A stretch of 63,591 nucleotides of DNA, filler included, from Octopus bimaculoides (GCF_001194135.2; 8 parts of 7 records of this genome joined end to end with filler, not necessarily neighbours in it); one strand, 5' to 3'; positions 23,781 through 35,814 are shown, numbered from the whole stretch's first letter. The notes: a model not told the origin generated them from the letters alone. Program-made: numbers and translations.

Positions 23781-24218
23781 ACGTATATGAGGGATGACCA
23801 CTAGGTGAACATCCAATATGCTAGAAAGATGTCATCAACAACCCAACCACAAAAGAAAAATAATGTTCTCCTGAAAAATTTCCCAAAACACCAGAACAGC
23901 ACAAAATGAGAAATATAAAATAGAGAATTAGCTGTGTACTGTGTCTTCATGAAGACAATTTGTGTATAGTTCTGCAAATTATATTGATTCTAGAACGTCT
24001 ATGCTGATGAGAACACGGATGTTGTTACGTAAGTAAAACATTAATGTTCGAAACTGCAGTACAGAGATAATTCTTTATTCTGTATATTTCTCATTTTGTC
24101 CTGTTCTGGTGTTTTGCGAAATTTTTCTGGAGAACATTATTTTTCTTTGTGGTTGGGTCGTTGATGACCACTTTCTAGTATATTGGATGTCCACCTAGTG
24201 GTCATCCCTTATACACGT
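23781..24218. mobile_element. ~440-bp foldback element (~165-bp inverted arms) containing a hammerhead ribozyme
   Basis: 23781-23948 is the imperfect reverse complement of 24050-24218, around a ~100-nt unique centre. Confidence 0.85.
23997..24068 (+). ncRNA. Type I minimal hammerhead ribozyme, intact core, predicted cleavage 3' of GUA (24061)
   Basis: Stem I GUCUAUG/CAGAGAU (6 of 7 pairs), CUGAUGA at 24004-24010, stem II GAACA/UGUUC, GAAA at 24050-24053, palindromic stem III ACUGCAGU. Confidence 0.75.
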
Positions 24219-24347
24219 GTAATACAATTTTTTCTGAATTTTCAGATATTTTTATATGCTAGGTCACTTGGTTTTAAAATGAATTAATATTCAATTTATC
24301 ACCCTCTATATATAAATAAACTATATATATATATATATATATACATA

Positions 24348-24795
24348 CGGGGTGCGATGGATAAATTGTCACCATTGTATAATTTTTATTTCATGCATGC
24401 ACATTGCTTGTTTTTGATGTTGTTGACTACACAGTATAACAGGGTCAGTTGGGCACCATCTGTGAGAAAAACAGCACCATGATGTAATTCACTCTGCCAG
24501 AAGTTTTGAAATGACATGCTGTACTGCTTGGCATTCACACCGGAAGCAAAATACAAACATTTCAGAGTGCCTGGGTGGCAATCTGAGGACATGTTCTGAG
24601 AGTGATAGAAATCAAACATCCAGTCAACATCATGGTGTTTGGAGTAATCACTTGTGATGGCAACGTTGTCTTCATTCATCTTTCTACATGGAGGCCAACA
24701 TTAAATGCCTGGAAGATTTAGTGCTGCCCTGGGTCAAGAGGGTGGCTGCTGGAAGACCCTGTGTCAGGCAACAGGACTCTACACCATGCCACACA
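24348..24795 (+). mobile_element. maT-type (DD37D) Tc1/mariner, internally deleted, 5' part
   Basis: TIR CGGGGTGCGATGGATAAATTGTC after TA; NISECLGGNLR joined to IEIKHPVNIMVFGVIT; homologous to 39650-40335. Confidence 0.8.
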
Positions 24796-25689
24796 GTGTA
24801 ACAGGGTCGATTCATTTGACTAAAATTCTTCAAGGTGATGCCCCAGCATGGCCACAGTCTAATGACTGAAACAAGTAAAAAACAATGAAAGATAAAAAAT
24901 AAATGATAAATAGAACCATTGAACAATCAAACGTATAATTTCCCATTCTACATTTGAAAACTTCAAAAACTGCCTTGAACAACTGACTTTGGTCAAAAAC
25001 TATATCTGCAGGTAATCACAAACTGATCAAACAGCCTAATTTATCTTCGTTACATGCATTAATTTCTATTGATTTGTCATTAGCTAAACAATGTCTTTGT
25101 CTTGTTTTGGTTGAACAATTATTGTAATACAATTTTTTTCCTCTCATATCTATATTTAAATTTAAATTTCATGTCTATTTTCGAGAACCGTTCTTTGTGT
25201 TAATGTTTTTTGCATTATTACAACCAAAGTTATGTCATCCTCATATTTTCCATCGATATTTTTATAAATAAATTCTGAAAAAATGTTTTTTGAAAAAGAG
25301 ATATCACAGCACTCAAGACCAACTGACTATTTTTTCACATGTATATATATATATATATATAGATATGTGTGTGTGTATGTGCATACATACATATGTATTA
25401 TACATATACATACACACACATATATATACATGTACACATATATATATGTACATATATATATATATATATATATGTACATACACACACACATCTACATACA
25501 TATACATACACACACATATATATGAGTGTGTATATTTATATATATATATGTATATATATATATGAGTGTGTGTATATTTATATATGTGTGTGTTTGTGTG
25601 TATCTGCGTGTGTGTATAGATATGTATGAGTATATGTATTTATGTGTGTGTGTGCATGTGTGTGTATATAAATATATATTTGTGCGTGC

Positions 25690-25743
<54 letters not shown>

Positions 25744-26387
25744 ATATATCCCCCTCTCTTACATCCACCTTCCCCTTCTCCCTCCTCGTCAACACCCCCT
25801 CATAAGCTCATCCCACCACACCCCAACTCACTCCTACTCTACCTTCCCACTCCACCCCATCCAATTCCTTACACCCAGCACCCACCCCTACCCACATACC
25901 CCTACCTCTACCCCACACTCCACCCATGTCTTCCCCACNNNNNNNNNNNNNNNNNNNNNNNNNNNNNNNNNNNNNNNNNNNNNNNNNNNNNNNNNNNNNN
26001 NNNNNNNNNNNNNNNNNNNNNNNNNNNNNNNNNNNNNNNNNNNNNNNNNNNNNNNNNNNNNNNNNNNNNNNNNNNNNNNNNNNNNNNNNNNNNNNNNNNN
26101 NNNNNNNNNNNNNNNNNNNNNNNNNNNNNNNNNNNNNNNNNNNNNNNNNNNNNNNNNNNNNNNNNNNNNNNNNNNNNNNNNNNNNNNNNNNNNNNNNNNN
26201 NNNNNNNNNNNNNNNNNNNNNNNNNNNNNNNNNNNNNNNNNNNNNNNNNNNNNNNNNNNNNNNNNNNNNNNNNNNNNNNNNNNNNNNNNNNNNNNNNNNN
26301 NNNNNNNNNNNNNNNNNNNTTATGATTGACCGTTGACTGAACACTATTCAATTTTTTTTCTCCGTGTTTTTCTCCTTGTCTCCGTAT

Positions 26388-26424
26388 TCTTTCTGTTGAA
26401 GAGCGTAGCTCGAAACGTCAAAGA
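26388..26424 (+). ncRNA. Minimal hammerhead motif in a Penelope-type terminal repeat (A6 changed to U)
   Basis: UCUUU CUGUUGA A GAGC GUA GCUC GAAA CGUC AAAGA; stems I and II pair perfectly. Confidence 0.6.
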
Positions 26425-26512
26425 CTTTCCGTATTCCCGAGCGTCATACTAATATATACTTTTGTTATTTACACCACCTGTCCTCGTCTGTTGTTATTTT
26501 TTGTATATTCTC

Positions 26513-26565
<53 letters not shown>

Positions 26566-26854
26566 TACATACAAACACACACACATACACACACACGTAT
26601 ATAAGACTGTGGTAAGATTTGATCACTGTCTTTGTAAATCTTACGTTGTGATATTAATAAAAACACTTTTCTCAAACTGTAACATAAAGTAGACAGTGAA
26701 GTATGCAATAATAGTATATTGCTTCTTCAACACGTATTTCTGTTATAATGCTATATTCATGTAAGAGGTAAATGCTTATAATATAATATTTTGAACAAAG
26801 GAAGACCAAAAGACTGTTAAAAAATTGCAATAATATGTTGCTGTTAAGTTATAC

Positions 26855-26911
<57 letters not shown>

Positions 26912-27716
26912 NNNNNNNNNNNNNNNNNNNNNNNNNNNNNNNNNNNNNNNNNNNNTTAATTAATTAANNNNNNNNNNNNNNNNNNNNNNNNNNNNNNNNN
27001 NNNNNNNNNNNACCACTCCCACACACACGAATATATTTTCATAGAACATAGAAAATGAAGAAATTACATCATTTCTTAATTTGGACAGCTTTTCCCCTTA
27101 TGTCATAGAAATTCTGTTGTTTTTATTCTTCGTCCTTTCTCCTTTCAAACATTTAGATCTCTGTCACTGACATATGAGCTGTTTGTGCCAACTCTCTCTT
27201 CATGAAGGGAGCCAGACTTATTGTAATATCTCCATGACTGCATACCCAAGACGTTTTTCATATTCCATGTACAAATTATGAATATTATGTTTATTACTTT
27301 ACCCCAAGCTTCCTGAAACAGCTGTTGTGTATTTTCTTTTTTTATGCTCTATGTAAAACATCATTATCATCATCCTCAAACATCTGCCTTGCATGCTAGC
27401 ACAAGTGGGATGGTTTCACAAGAGCTATATATATATATATNNNNNNNNNNNNNNNNNNNNNNNNNNNNNNNNNNNNNNNNNNNNNNNNNNNNNNNNNNNN
27501 NNNNNNNNNNNNNNNNNNNNNNNNNNNNNNNNNNNNNNNNNNNNNNNNNNNNNNNNNNNNNNNNNNNNNNNNNNNNNNNNNNNNNNNNNNNNNNNNNNNN
27601 NNNNNNNNNNNNNNNNNNNNNNNNNNNNNNNNNNNNNNNNNNNNNNNNNNNNNNNNNNNNNNNNNNNNNNNNNNNNNNNNNNNNNNNNNNNNNNNNNNNN
27701 NNNNNNNNNNNNNNNN

Positions 27717-28040
27717 TTTAACGTCCGCTTTCCATGCTAGCATGGGTTGAACGATTTGACTGAGGACTGGTGGACCAGGAGGGGACACCAGGCTCCAATC
27801 TGATTTCGCAGAGTTTCTACAGCTGGATGTCCTTCCTAACGCCAACCACTCTGGGAGTGTAGTGGATGCTTTTACATGCCGCCGGCATGAGGGCCAGTCA
27901 GGCGGGTACTGGCAATGGCCACGCTCGAAATGGTGCTATTTACGTGCCACCGGCTCGGAAGCCAGACAGCTGCTCTGGCATCGATCACACTCGGACGGTG
28001 CTCTTAGTACTCCACTGGTACAGGTGCCATCATGATTTGA
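27717..28040 (-). repeat. Short copy of the RTE 3'-UTR repeat
   Basis: TTTAACGTCCGCTTTCCATGCTAGCATGGG..CAGCTGGATGTCCTTCCTAACGCCAACC, homologous to 6390-6620. Confidence 0.8.
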
Positions 28041-28885
28041 ATCCAACCAACTAAGGGATAATATCTAGAATACCCAATTATTAATACACAAATGTTTTTT
28101 CACTGCATGGCAATTATACTACTGAATGTAATAAATGGTCGAGTGTAAAATGTTGTTTTACCCTTAATTTATACACCAATAAGAAAATGAAGGGGATCAA
28201 GAGGTGGTATTCATCAACTTTTAGACATTATATTATGTCTATTTATTAAAAAAAAAAAACACAACAATTATAACAATATACAGACATGTATAACATATTA
28301 TGCTTAAGATATATAAAAATACCAGTAATTATTAAAATATATAACGTTATATATTTGTTGAGAAAATTCTGTATTTCCGAAGTTATTTCGTGTTAAAGTT
28401 GTCGTATTTCGGAGTTGAATAAAATTACTGTTATTGTTTGTCAACAACAACTTCCGGTGGTGTAATTTTATCTCAGTTACGTTTGTATGAATAAACGAGT
28501 GTATCTGAAGCATGTTTACTTCATGGCACCACCACAATTGTTCGTGCAATTCTACTGCTTCTAGTTCTTTTTTCCTGTTTTTCAGCTACTATTTTCGGAA
28601 AGACGTTTTCCCCACTCCGCCTCCAATTTCTTCATTTTTCACTTTTTTCTGTAACTCTAAAACACACATACACTCAAATATGCCATTTTTACATACACAT
28701 ATGTAAATGTATGAATATAAATACATATGTATATGTATGCTCAGGAAAAGNNNNNNNNNNNNNNNNNNNNNNNNNNNNNNNNNNNNNNNNNNNNTTAATT
28801 AATTAANNNNNNNNNNNNNNNNNNNNNNNNNNNNNNNNNNNNNNNNNNNNATATATATATATGTATGTATGTATGTATGCATGTA

Positions 28886-28922
<37 letters not shown>

Positions 28923-28999
28923 CAGGCTGGCTTCCACACAGTTTCCGTCTGTCAAATTCATTCCTAATGTATTGGTCGGCCTGAGGCTTGGGAAGTTAC

Positions 29000-29060
29000 C
29001 TCATTGGCTTAACTCGTATGTGCCAGCGAAGAATAATGTTGTCATTGATGTTACTGTTAC
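29000..29060 (-). other. Candidate 61-nt exon
   Basis: Acceptor GCTTTGTTTTCAG, donor GAG|GTAACT; one open frame (G)NSNINDNIILRWHIRVKPM(R). Confidence 0.35.
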
Positions 29061-29099
29061 CTGAAAACAAAGCTAGAGCAAGCGCGCATTTAGCCAATA

Positions 29100-29670
29100 G
29101 ACATTTATGCTTGCGAAGAGAACATATTCAATGCGTTTGAAATGTGGAGAATGTTACGAGTTTCTTACAAGTACCATCAGACATATGAATGGGTGTTATA
29201 AGTAGGTGAAAGACAACTGAACATCATGTAAAATAAGATAAATCAAAATAAAAGCTCATTTATTATGGCCATATTCGAAGAAGCAGATGTTTGGAAAACA
29301 TTACCATGGAAAGAAGAGCAGAGGGCAGTAGATCAGTGCTCGGCAATCTTTTCTTCACTTGCGATACACTTATATTCTTTTCAAAATTTGGCGGTACACC
29401 TGAACTAAAAATATAACTAGAAGTATAGGGGAAAAAACTTATATTCAGCGTTACACTGTGGCACACCTAGCACTGTCTCGTGGCATACCAGTATGCCGCG
29501 ACAAAACGGTTGCGGAGCACTACAGTAGATCAAGACGCAGACAAAGATCGCATTGGATGGACAATATCAAGAGGTGGTTGGACCAAGAGTGACCAGGCGG
29601 CTGGAGTACTCGCGCTTAATCGAGAAGATTTTCCATGTAGTTTCAACAATGCCCTGCAAGCGTATGATAC
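29100..29670 (+). mobile_element. Old RTE-like LINE RT C-terminal fragment, interrupted by a hAT MITE
   Basis: FNAFEMWRMLRVS..VGERQL; after the insertion, SRRRQRSHWMDNIKRW. Confidence 0.55.
29334..29522. mobile_element. hAT-type MITE, 189 bp, with an 8-bp TSD
   Basis: TIRs CAGTGCTCGGCAATC and GGTTGCGGAGCACTA; exact TSD CAGTAGAT at 29326-29333 and 29523-29530. Confidence 0.88.
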
Positions 29671-30369
29671 ATGACAACGACGACGTCGAATTAGCTTCTG
29701 ATAAACCTTTATGAAGTAGACCTTTAAACAAGAGCGTTCCAGCCACGCCGATCCTGTATTTATTTATTTATTTATTGTTACGTGCTCGTTAACCTGCATC
29801 ACATTATCAAAGACAGTAAGAATGCGATCTGAGGAAGATTTGGCAGCTATTTTTAGCTAGTCGAATATTATGTAAAGACTAGCTCTATAAGGTGTAGAGT
29901 AATGTGTGGCGAGGTCTGATGATTTATGGTTAGAGACAATCTAGTTGTAGCCATCCCGCCTTTTATCCACTGTACATGAAACCCCAGGATATTTACATTA
30001 TGCAGCCTGTTCTTCTCTAAAGCAACATCATGTTATTCGAGTGATATTAGGCTGTTATTTCTAATACGTTGAACAAACCACGTGGGGACACCGTCCTTTT
30101 AACTGGTGGAGTAATTAGTTGTGAGGCGGAGTGTTTGAAATGTGTTTGTGGTGGTGTTTTAGAGTGGCGGAAGGGTGGGGGTGCGGTGTCGTGTATGAAG
30201 TGTGCCGTGTCAGGAAGGTTCTCGAAAGAGGCGAGAGCAAGACACAAACTGTCACGTGTCGACTGTCACCCTTCTTCCTCTCACAAGCTGGACTTGTTGA
30301 TGAAGTATGGACTTATTTTTAAATTGGTCTTAACGTTTGTTTGAGATGGCTTGTGGATGGAGTGGGGTA

Positions 30370-30484
30370 TCGGTGGTGGTGGTGGTGGTGGTGGTGGTGG
30401 TGGTGGTGGTGGTGGTGGTGGTGGTAGTGGTTTACTGTTACAATTATTGTGGTAGTAGGTGGTGATGCTTCGTGGTGATGACGG

Positions 30485-30544
<60 letters not shown>

Positions 30545-30560
30545 ATAGAGTGGCAGCAGC

Positions 30561-30594
<34 letters not shown>

Positions 30595-30940
30595 ATAGAG
30601 TAGGCAGTAGTAGTAGTAGTAGTAGAGGTGGAAGAGGTGATGGCGGTGGTATTAGTGGTGGTAATGGTGCAGAAAGGGAGTAGTAGTAGTACTAGTATAG
30701 GTGGCGGAGGTAATAGCGGTGGCGGAAACGGAGGTGGAGGTGATGGTGGTGGCTGTGGTGATGGTTGAAGAAGTGGTGGGAGTGGTCATGGTGATTGTGG
30801 TGGTGAATGGTGGTGGTGGTGGTGGTGGTGGTGGTATAGGTGATGGTTGTGACAGTGGTGAATATGGCGACGGTTGTTGTTGCTGTGGTGGCTGTAGTGA
30901 TGGTGGCGATGCTGCTGCGGCTGCTGCTGCTGTTAGCAGT
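30370..30940. repeat. (GGT)n/(AGT)n/(GCT)n trinucleotide low-complexity block
   Basis: Triplet runs are directly visible. Confidence 0.9.
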
Positions 30941-31370
30941 GGTCGGAGTGCTAGCAATGCTTACGCCTATCAATGTTTGTCACCATACTTGTGCCGGTGT
31001 GCCGCGTGTGGAAGTGAGCAGGCACACGATTCCGCGTGTGCTTGTTTGTATATGTCTGAGTAGCGTGTTTGTGTGTATGTGTGTGCGTTTGTACGTGTAA
31101 CGGCATATCTATCTGTGTGCATGTGTGTGTGTATGTCTATGTATGTGTGAGGCTGAATGTAGATTTAAGTATGTATATGAGTGTGTGCGTGTATACGTTA
31201 ATCTGAAGGTGAATGTGTCACAAAGTGATGTGTGAAAAGATATATCTGTATGTTAACGTATGCCTGTGTGAAAAAGTGCATGTGTGTGCAGACATTCCTA
31301 TCCACACACACACACACACACACACACAGCATATATATGTATACTCTTTTACTCTTTTACTCTTATACTT

Positions 31371-31563
31371 GTTTCAGTCATTTGACTGCGACCATGCTGG
31401 AGCATTGCCTTTTTAGTCGAGCAAATCGACCCCAGGACTTATTCTTTGTAAGCCTAGTACTTATTCTATCGGTCTCTTTTGCCGAACCGCTAAGTTACGG
31501 GGACATAAGCACACTAGCATCGGTTGTCAAGCGATGTTGGGGGGGACAAACACAGACACAAAA

Positions 31564-31565
<2 letters not shown>
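31371..31565 (-). mobile_element. SINE family A, 3' half
   Basis: TGTTTCAGTCATTTGACTGCGACCATGCTGGAGCA..CCGCTAAGTTACGGGGAC, the reverse complement of 33430-33625. Confidence 0.85.
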
Positions 31566-31606
<41 letters not shown>

Positions 31607-32064
31607 NNNNNNNNNNNNNNNNNNNNNNNNNNNNNNNNNNNNNNNNNNNNNNNNNNNNNNNNNNNNNNNNNNNNNNNNNNNNNNNNNNNNNNNNNNNNNN
31701 NNNNNNNNNNNNNNNNNNNNNNNNNNNNNNNNNNNNNNNNNNNNNNNNNNNNNNNNNNNNNNNNNNNNNNNNNNNNNNNNNNNNNNNNNNNNNNNNNNNN
31801 NNNNNNNNNNNNNNNNNNNNNNNNNNNNNNNNNNNNNNNNNNNNNNNNNNNNNNNNNNNNNNNNNNNNNNNNNNNNNNNNNNNNNNNNNNNNNNNNNNNN
31901 NNNNNNNNNNNNNNNNNNNNNNNNNNNNNNNNNNNNNNNNNNNNNNNNNNNNNNNNNNNNNNNNNNNNNNNNNNNNNNNNNNNNNNNNNNNNNNNNNNNN
32001 NNNNNNNNNNNNNNNNNNNNNNNNNNNNNNNNNNNNNNNNNNNNNNNNNNNNNNNNNNNNNNNN

Positions 32065-32154
<90 letters not shown>

Positions 32155-32703
32155 AGTACACCCACATATATGCAAACTCACACACACATACACACACACA
32201 CTTACATACATATGTACACACACACACAGATATTTGCATACATAAAGTGACGGAAAAGGAGAAAGTATTTGCCTGAAATGGTGAAGGTTGAGTAATATCG
32301 CCTCATCAAAGGAACTAGTCTGGAGTTTGATAATACTATCAAAATTTGTAAAGGATCTTGGGAAAAATTAATGATCATCATTGTTTTATTTTCACATTCC
32401 ATATTGGCATGGGTTGCATGTATGTATGAATATATATATATATAGAGAGAGAGAGAGTTAGAGAGAGAGAGAGAAAGAGAGATAGAAAGAGAAAGAGAGA
32501 GAGAGAAAGATAGAGAGAGCCATAGATAGATATATAGATAGATAGAATCTATATAGATATGATGGATATTTACGCAGGCAGCAGTCAGTGAATTTCTTCT
32601 CATTCCTATCTCTTGCCACAACGTCCTTCCCACCTCCCGAACACACAGTCCATTCATTTGCAGACAGTGCAACCAAATAGTCGCCTTCCAACACAACAGG
32701 TAA

Positions 32704-32775
32704 CACGTGTCTAATGGCAATGACACGTGGTCATTGACGGAGGCACGTGTAGACCTGTTGTAGCGGTCGCACGTG
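32704..32775. promoter_or_regulatory. Cluster of four CACGTG E-boxes (putative enhancer)
   Basis: CACGTG at 32704, 32724, 32744 and 32770. Confidence 0.35.
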
Positions 32776-33144
32776 TGTACAGGTTGTTGTAGATTGGCCT
32801 TTCATTCGTGCGTATACTCACTCACACACGCACATACACAAACGCACATACACACGCGTACACACATACACACACACACACGCACATGAATGTATGTACA
32901 TATGCACGCATATATGCATGCACATACACAAAAACAAGTACACACACATACCTATACCTGTGCAGTCACGTACACACACACACACACACACACACGCACG
33001 CACACACACACACATATATATATATGTGTATACAAACACATGAACGCAGACGCACGTACACTACCACACTCTTACACATACATGCACACGCTCAAACACA
33101 TCTATCTATCTATCTATCTCTCTATCTCTCTATCTATCTATCTC

Positions 33145-33191
<47 letters not shown>

Positions 33192-33266
33192 GTATGCATG
33201 CATGTTTGTATGTATGTATGTATGTACGTATGTATCACATCGGTCATATTAATTTTTTTAAGTGTA

Positions 33267-33630
33267 GTCGTGGCTGCGTGGTAAGTAGCTTGCATACCAA
33301 CCACATACATGGTTCTGGGTTCAGTCCCACTGCGTGGCACCTAGGGCAAGTGTGTTCTACAGTAGCCTCGGCCCGACCAAAGCTTTATGTGTGGATTTGG
33401 TAGACGGAGACTGAAAGAAACCCATGGTTGTGTGTCTGTGTTTGTCCCCGCTCTATCGCTTGACAACCGGTGTTGGTGTGTTTACGTCTCCGTAACCTAG
33501 CGGTTCGACAAAAGAGTCCGATAGAATAAGTGCTAGGTTTAAAAAGAATATGTCCTGGTCGTCGATTTGTTCGACTAAAGGTGGTGCTCCAGCATGGCCG
33601 CAGTTAAATGACTGAAACAAAAGAATAAAA
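33267..33630 (+). mobile_element. Full-length tRNA-derived SINE family A
   Basis: A box TGGCTGCGTGG (33271), B box GGTTCAGTCCC (33318), CORE-like GCACCTAGGGCAAGTG, tail TGACTGAAACAAAAGAATAAAA; multiple copies in the window. Confidence 0.88.
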
Positions 33631-33694
33631 CAACGTACATACGTATTCTTTTATTCTTGTATTCTTTTATTCTTGTATTCTTTTTCTTGGTGCG

Positions 33695-33880
33695 AAGGCG
33701 GCGAGCTGGCAGAATCGTTAGCACGCCGGGCGAAATGCTTAGCGGTGTTTCGTCTGCCGCTACGTTCTGAGTTCAGATTCGGCCGAGGTCGATTTTGCCT
33801 TTCATCCTTTCGGGGTAGATAAATTAAGTACAAGTTGGTTAGTGGTATCGATCTAATCGACTGGCCCCGTCTCCCAGAGG
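33695..33880 (+). mobile_element. tRNA-derived SINE family B
   Basis: Head GGCGGCGAGCTGGCAGAATCGTTAGC, B-box-like GAGTTCAGATTC, body GCCTTTCATCCTTTCGGGGTAGATAAATTAAGTAC. Confidence 0.85.
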
Positions 33881-33894
33881 CGAAAAGATTCTTT

Positions 33895-34085
33895 TGTTTC
33901 AGTCCTTTGATTGCGGCCATGCTGGAGCGCCGCCTTTAGTTGAGCATATCGACCCCAGGACTTATTCTTTTGTGAGCATAGTACTTATTCTATCGGTCAG
34001 TTTGGCCGAACCACTAAGTTATGCTGACGTAAGCAAACTAACCGCGGTTCTCAAGCGGTTGTGGGGGGGAACAAACACAAACCCG
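33895..34085 (-). mobile_element. SINE family A, 3' half, inverted relative to 33267-33630
   Basis: TTTCAGTCCTTTGATTGCGGCCATGCTGGAGCGCCGCCTTTAG..GGGGGGAACAAACACA. Confidence 0.85.
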
Positions 34086-34254
34086 AACACATGCACACAC
34101 ACACGCACTATGAGTACATTGCATCTTATGGCAGAAACAGCTGTAAGCTAATGAAGTTCATTACATAATCTACTGTTCAATTGTCATTTATTTAATCACT
34201 TATATATGTCTTCCACACACGAATACATACATACATATATGTGTGTGTTTGTGT

Positions 34255-34307
<53 letters not shown>

Positions 34308-34534
34308 CGTGCGTACCTGCGTGTATGTTTATGTGCATAAGTAGAATGTTTAATTCTTATAATAGTACTGCTTGCATCACATTTGCTCATCATGGTAACG
34401 ATGATTTCGTAAGAGTGAAACTAGTAGTACTATTGTAATAATCAACAATCTTTAAAATGTTATGTGCGTTTGCACATACATACATACGTACTTACATACA
34501 TGCATACTTATACATAGATATATACATACATACA

Positions 34535-34917
34535 TTTGTTTTTATTGTTGGCACTCCGTCGCTTACGACGTCGAGGGTTCCCGTTGATCTGATCAGATCA
34601 ACGGAACAGCCTGCTCGTGAAATTAACGTGTAAGTGGCTGAGCACTCCACAGACACGTGTACCCTTAACGTGGTTCTCGGGGATATTCAGCGTGACACAG
34701 TGTGACAAGGCTGACCCTTTGAACTACAGGCAAAACAGAAACAGGAAGTAAGAGGGAGAGAAAGTTGTGGTGAAAGAGTACAGCAGGGTTCGCCACCATC
34801 CCCTGCCGGAGCCTTGTGGAGCTTTAGGTGTTTTCGCTCAATAAACACTCACAACGCCCGGTCTGGGAAACGAAACGGCGATCCTCTGCCCTAACCACTG
34901 GGCCATTGCGCCTCCAC
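34535..34917 (-). mobile_element. Full-length tRNA-derived SINE family C
   Basis: Minus-strand head GTGGAGGCGCAATGGCCCAGTGGTTAGG (A box) and GTTTCGTTTCCC (B-box-like); ends in an (ATGT)n tail. Confidence 0.85.
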
Positions 34918-35814
34918 TACATACATACATACATACATACATACATACATACATACATACGTACACTTGAAATTATACATACATACATATATAAAAGCAT
35001 ACATACCTACGTACATTTGAAAATTGCGGTACTTTTTTTCGCTTTTTTTTTCTTCTTTTTTCGCAAGGTATTAACGTTAATCCATAAATAAAGAGTACAT
35101 TTATTCACTAAATCCTGTGTTGAGCACTCATTCTCACTGCTTGCCTCTATCGCATACAAATGTCTGTGTGTGTATGTGCGCATGCGTGTGTGTGTGTGTT
35201 TGGAGAGAACGAGAGAAAGGGAGAGAGTGAGAGAGGGAAAGTGAAGAAAGATTATCTTCCTTTAATCATTCCATAGAGTGCATTGCAACCATTCCTTCTC
35301 CTTGGTTAAGTCTCCAATTCTCATGAGTTTCCTTCTTTACTTTTTACAGAAGTAAAAACATTTTATAATTAATAGTTAACTTAACTATTCATTCTAAAGT
35401 ACATTTCATCTTATCGAGATTTTATTTATTGAATTTTCTCCAATGTAGCTTTGCGGTAGATTGCCTTTACAAACGTATATGTTAAAGATTTATCTCTTAA
35501 ATTTTTAGAGTTTCCTTTGCTCCTCGTGTTTTGTTTTTTTTGGGGGGTTTTTTTTTTCATTCGGAAGATTACAATAGAGTAATGAAGTCGAAGCCTTACA
35601 TATATAAACCTAAGCAATTCTCATATGTGCATCAGAGGTAGAGACGGTAGTTTTTTGAGACTGAAAAAGAAACGATGGTGAGTTTATATTCTAAGTTTAC
35701 TGGGGTTTTTTATTTTGCTTTTTTGTTTTTTTATTTCATAACCATAATGTCAGGGGATGAAAGTAAAGTATTAGTGAATTTTAATTCGAAAATGTTTGTA
35801 ACTTTATAAAACCA

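Noticed and set aside
28450-28458. ETS-type ACTTCCGGT motif (also at 63017-63025, near a CRE-like TGACGTAA at 62947)
   Set aside because: Single short motifs with no start-site evidence.
30652-31063. Poly-P/T/A/G/Q ORFs resembling transcription-factor low-complexity regions
   Set aside because: They are trinucleotide repeats open in several frames, with no domain or splice support.
33267-33340. tRNA-like A and B boxes (also at 34860-34917 and 58260-58326)
   Set aside because: They are SINE heads; no complete cloverleaf or anticodon arm could be supported.
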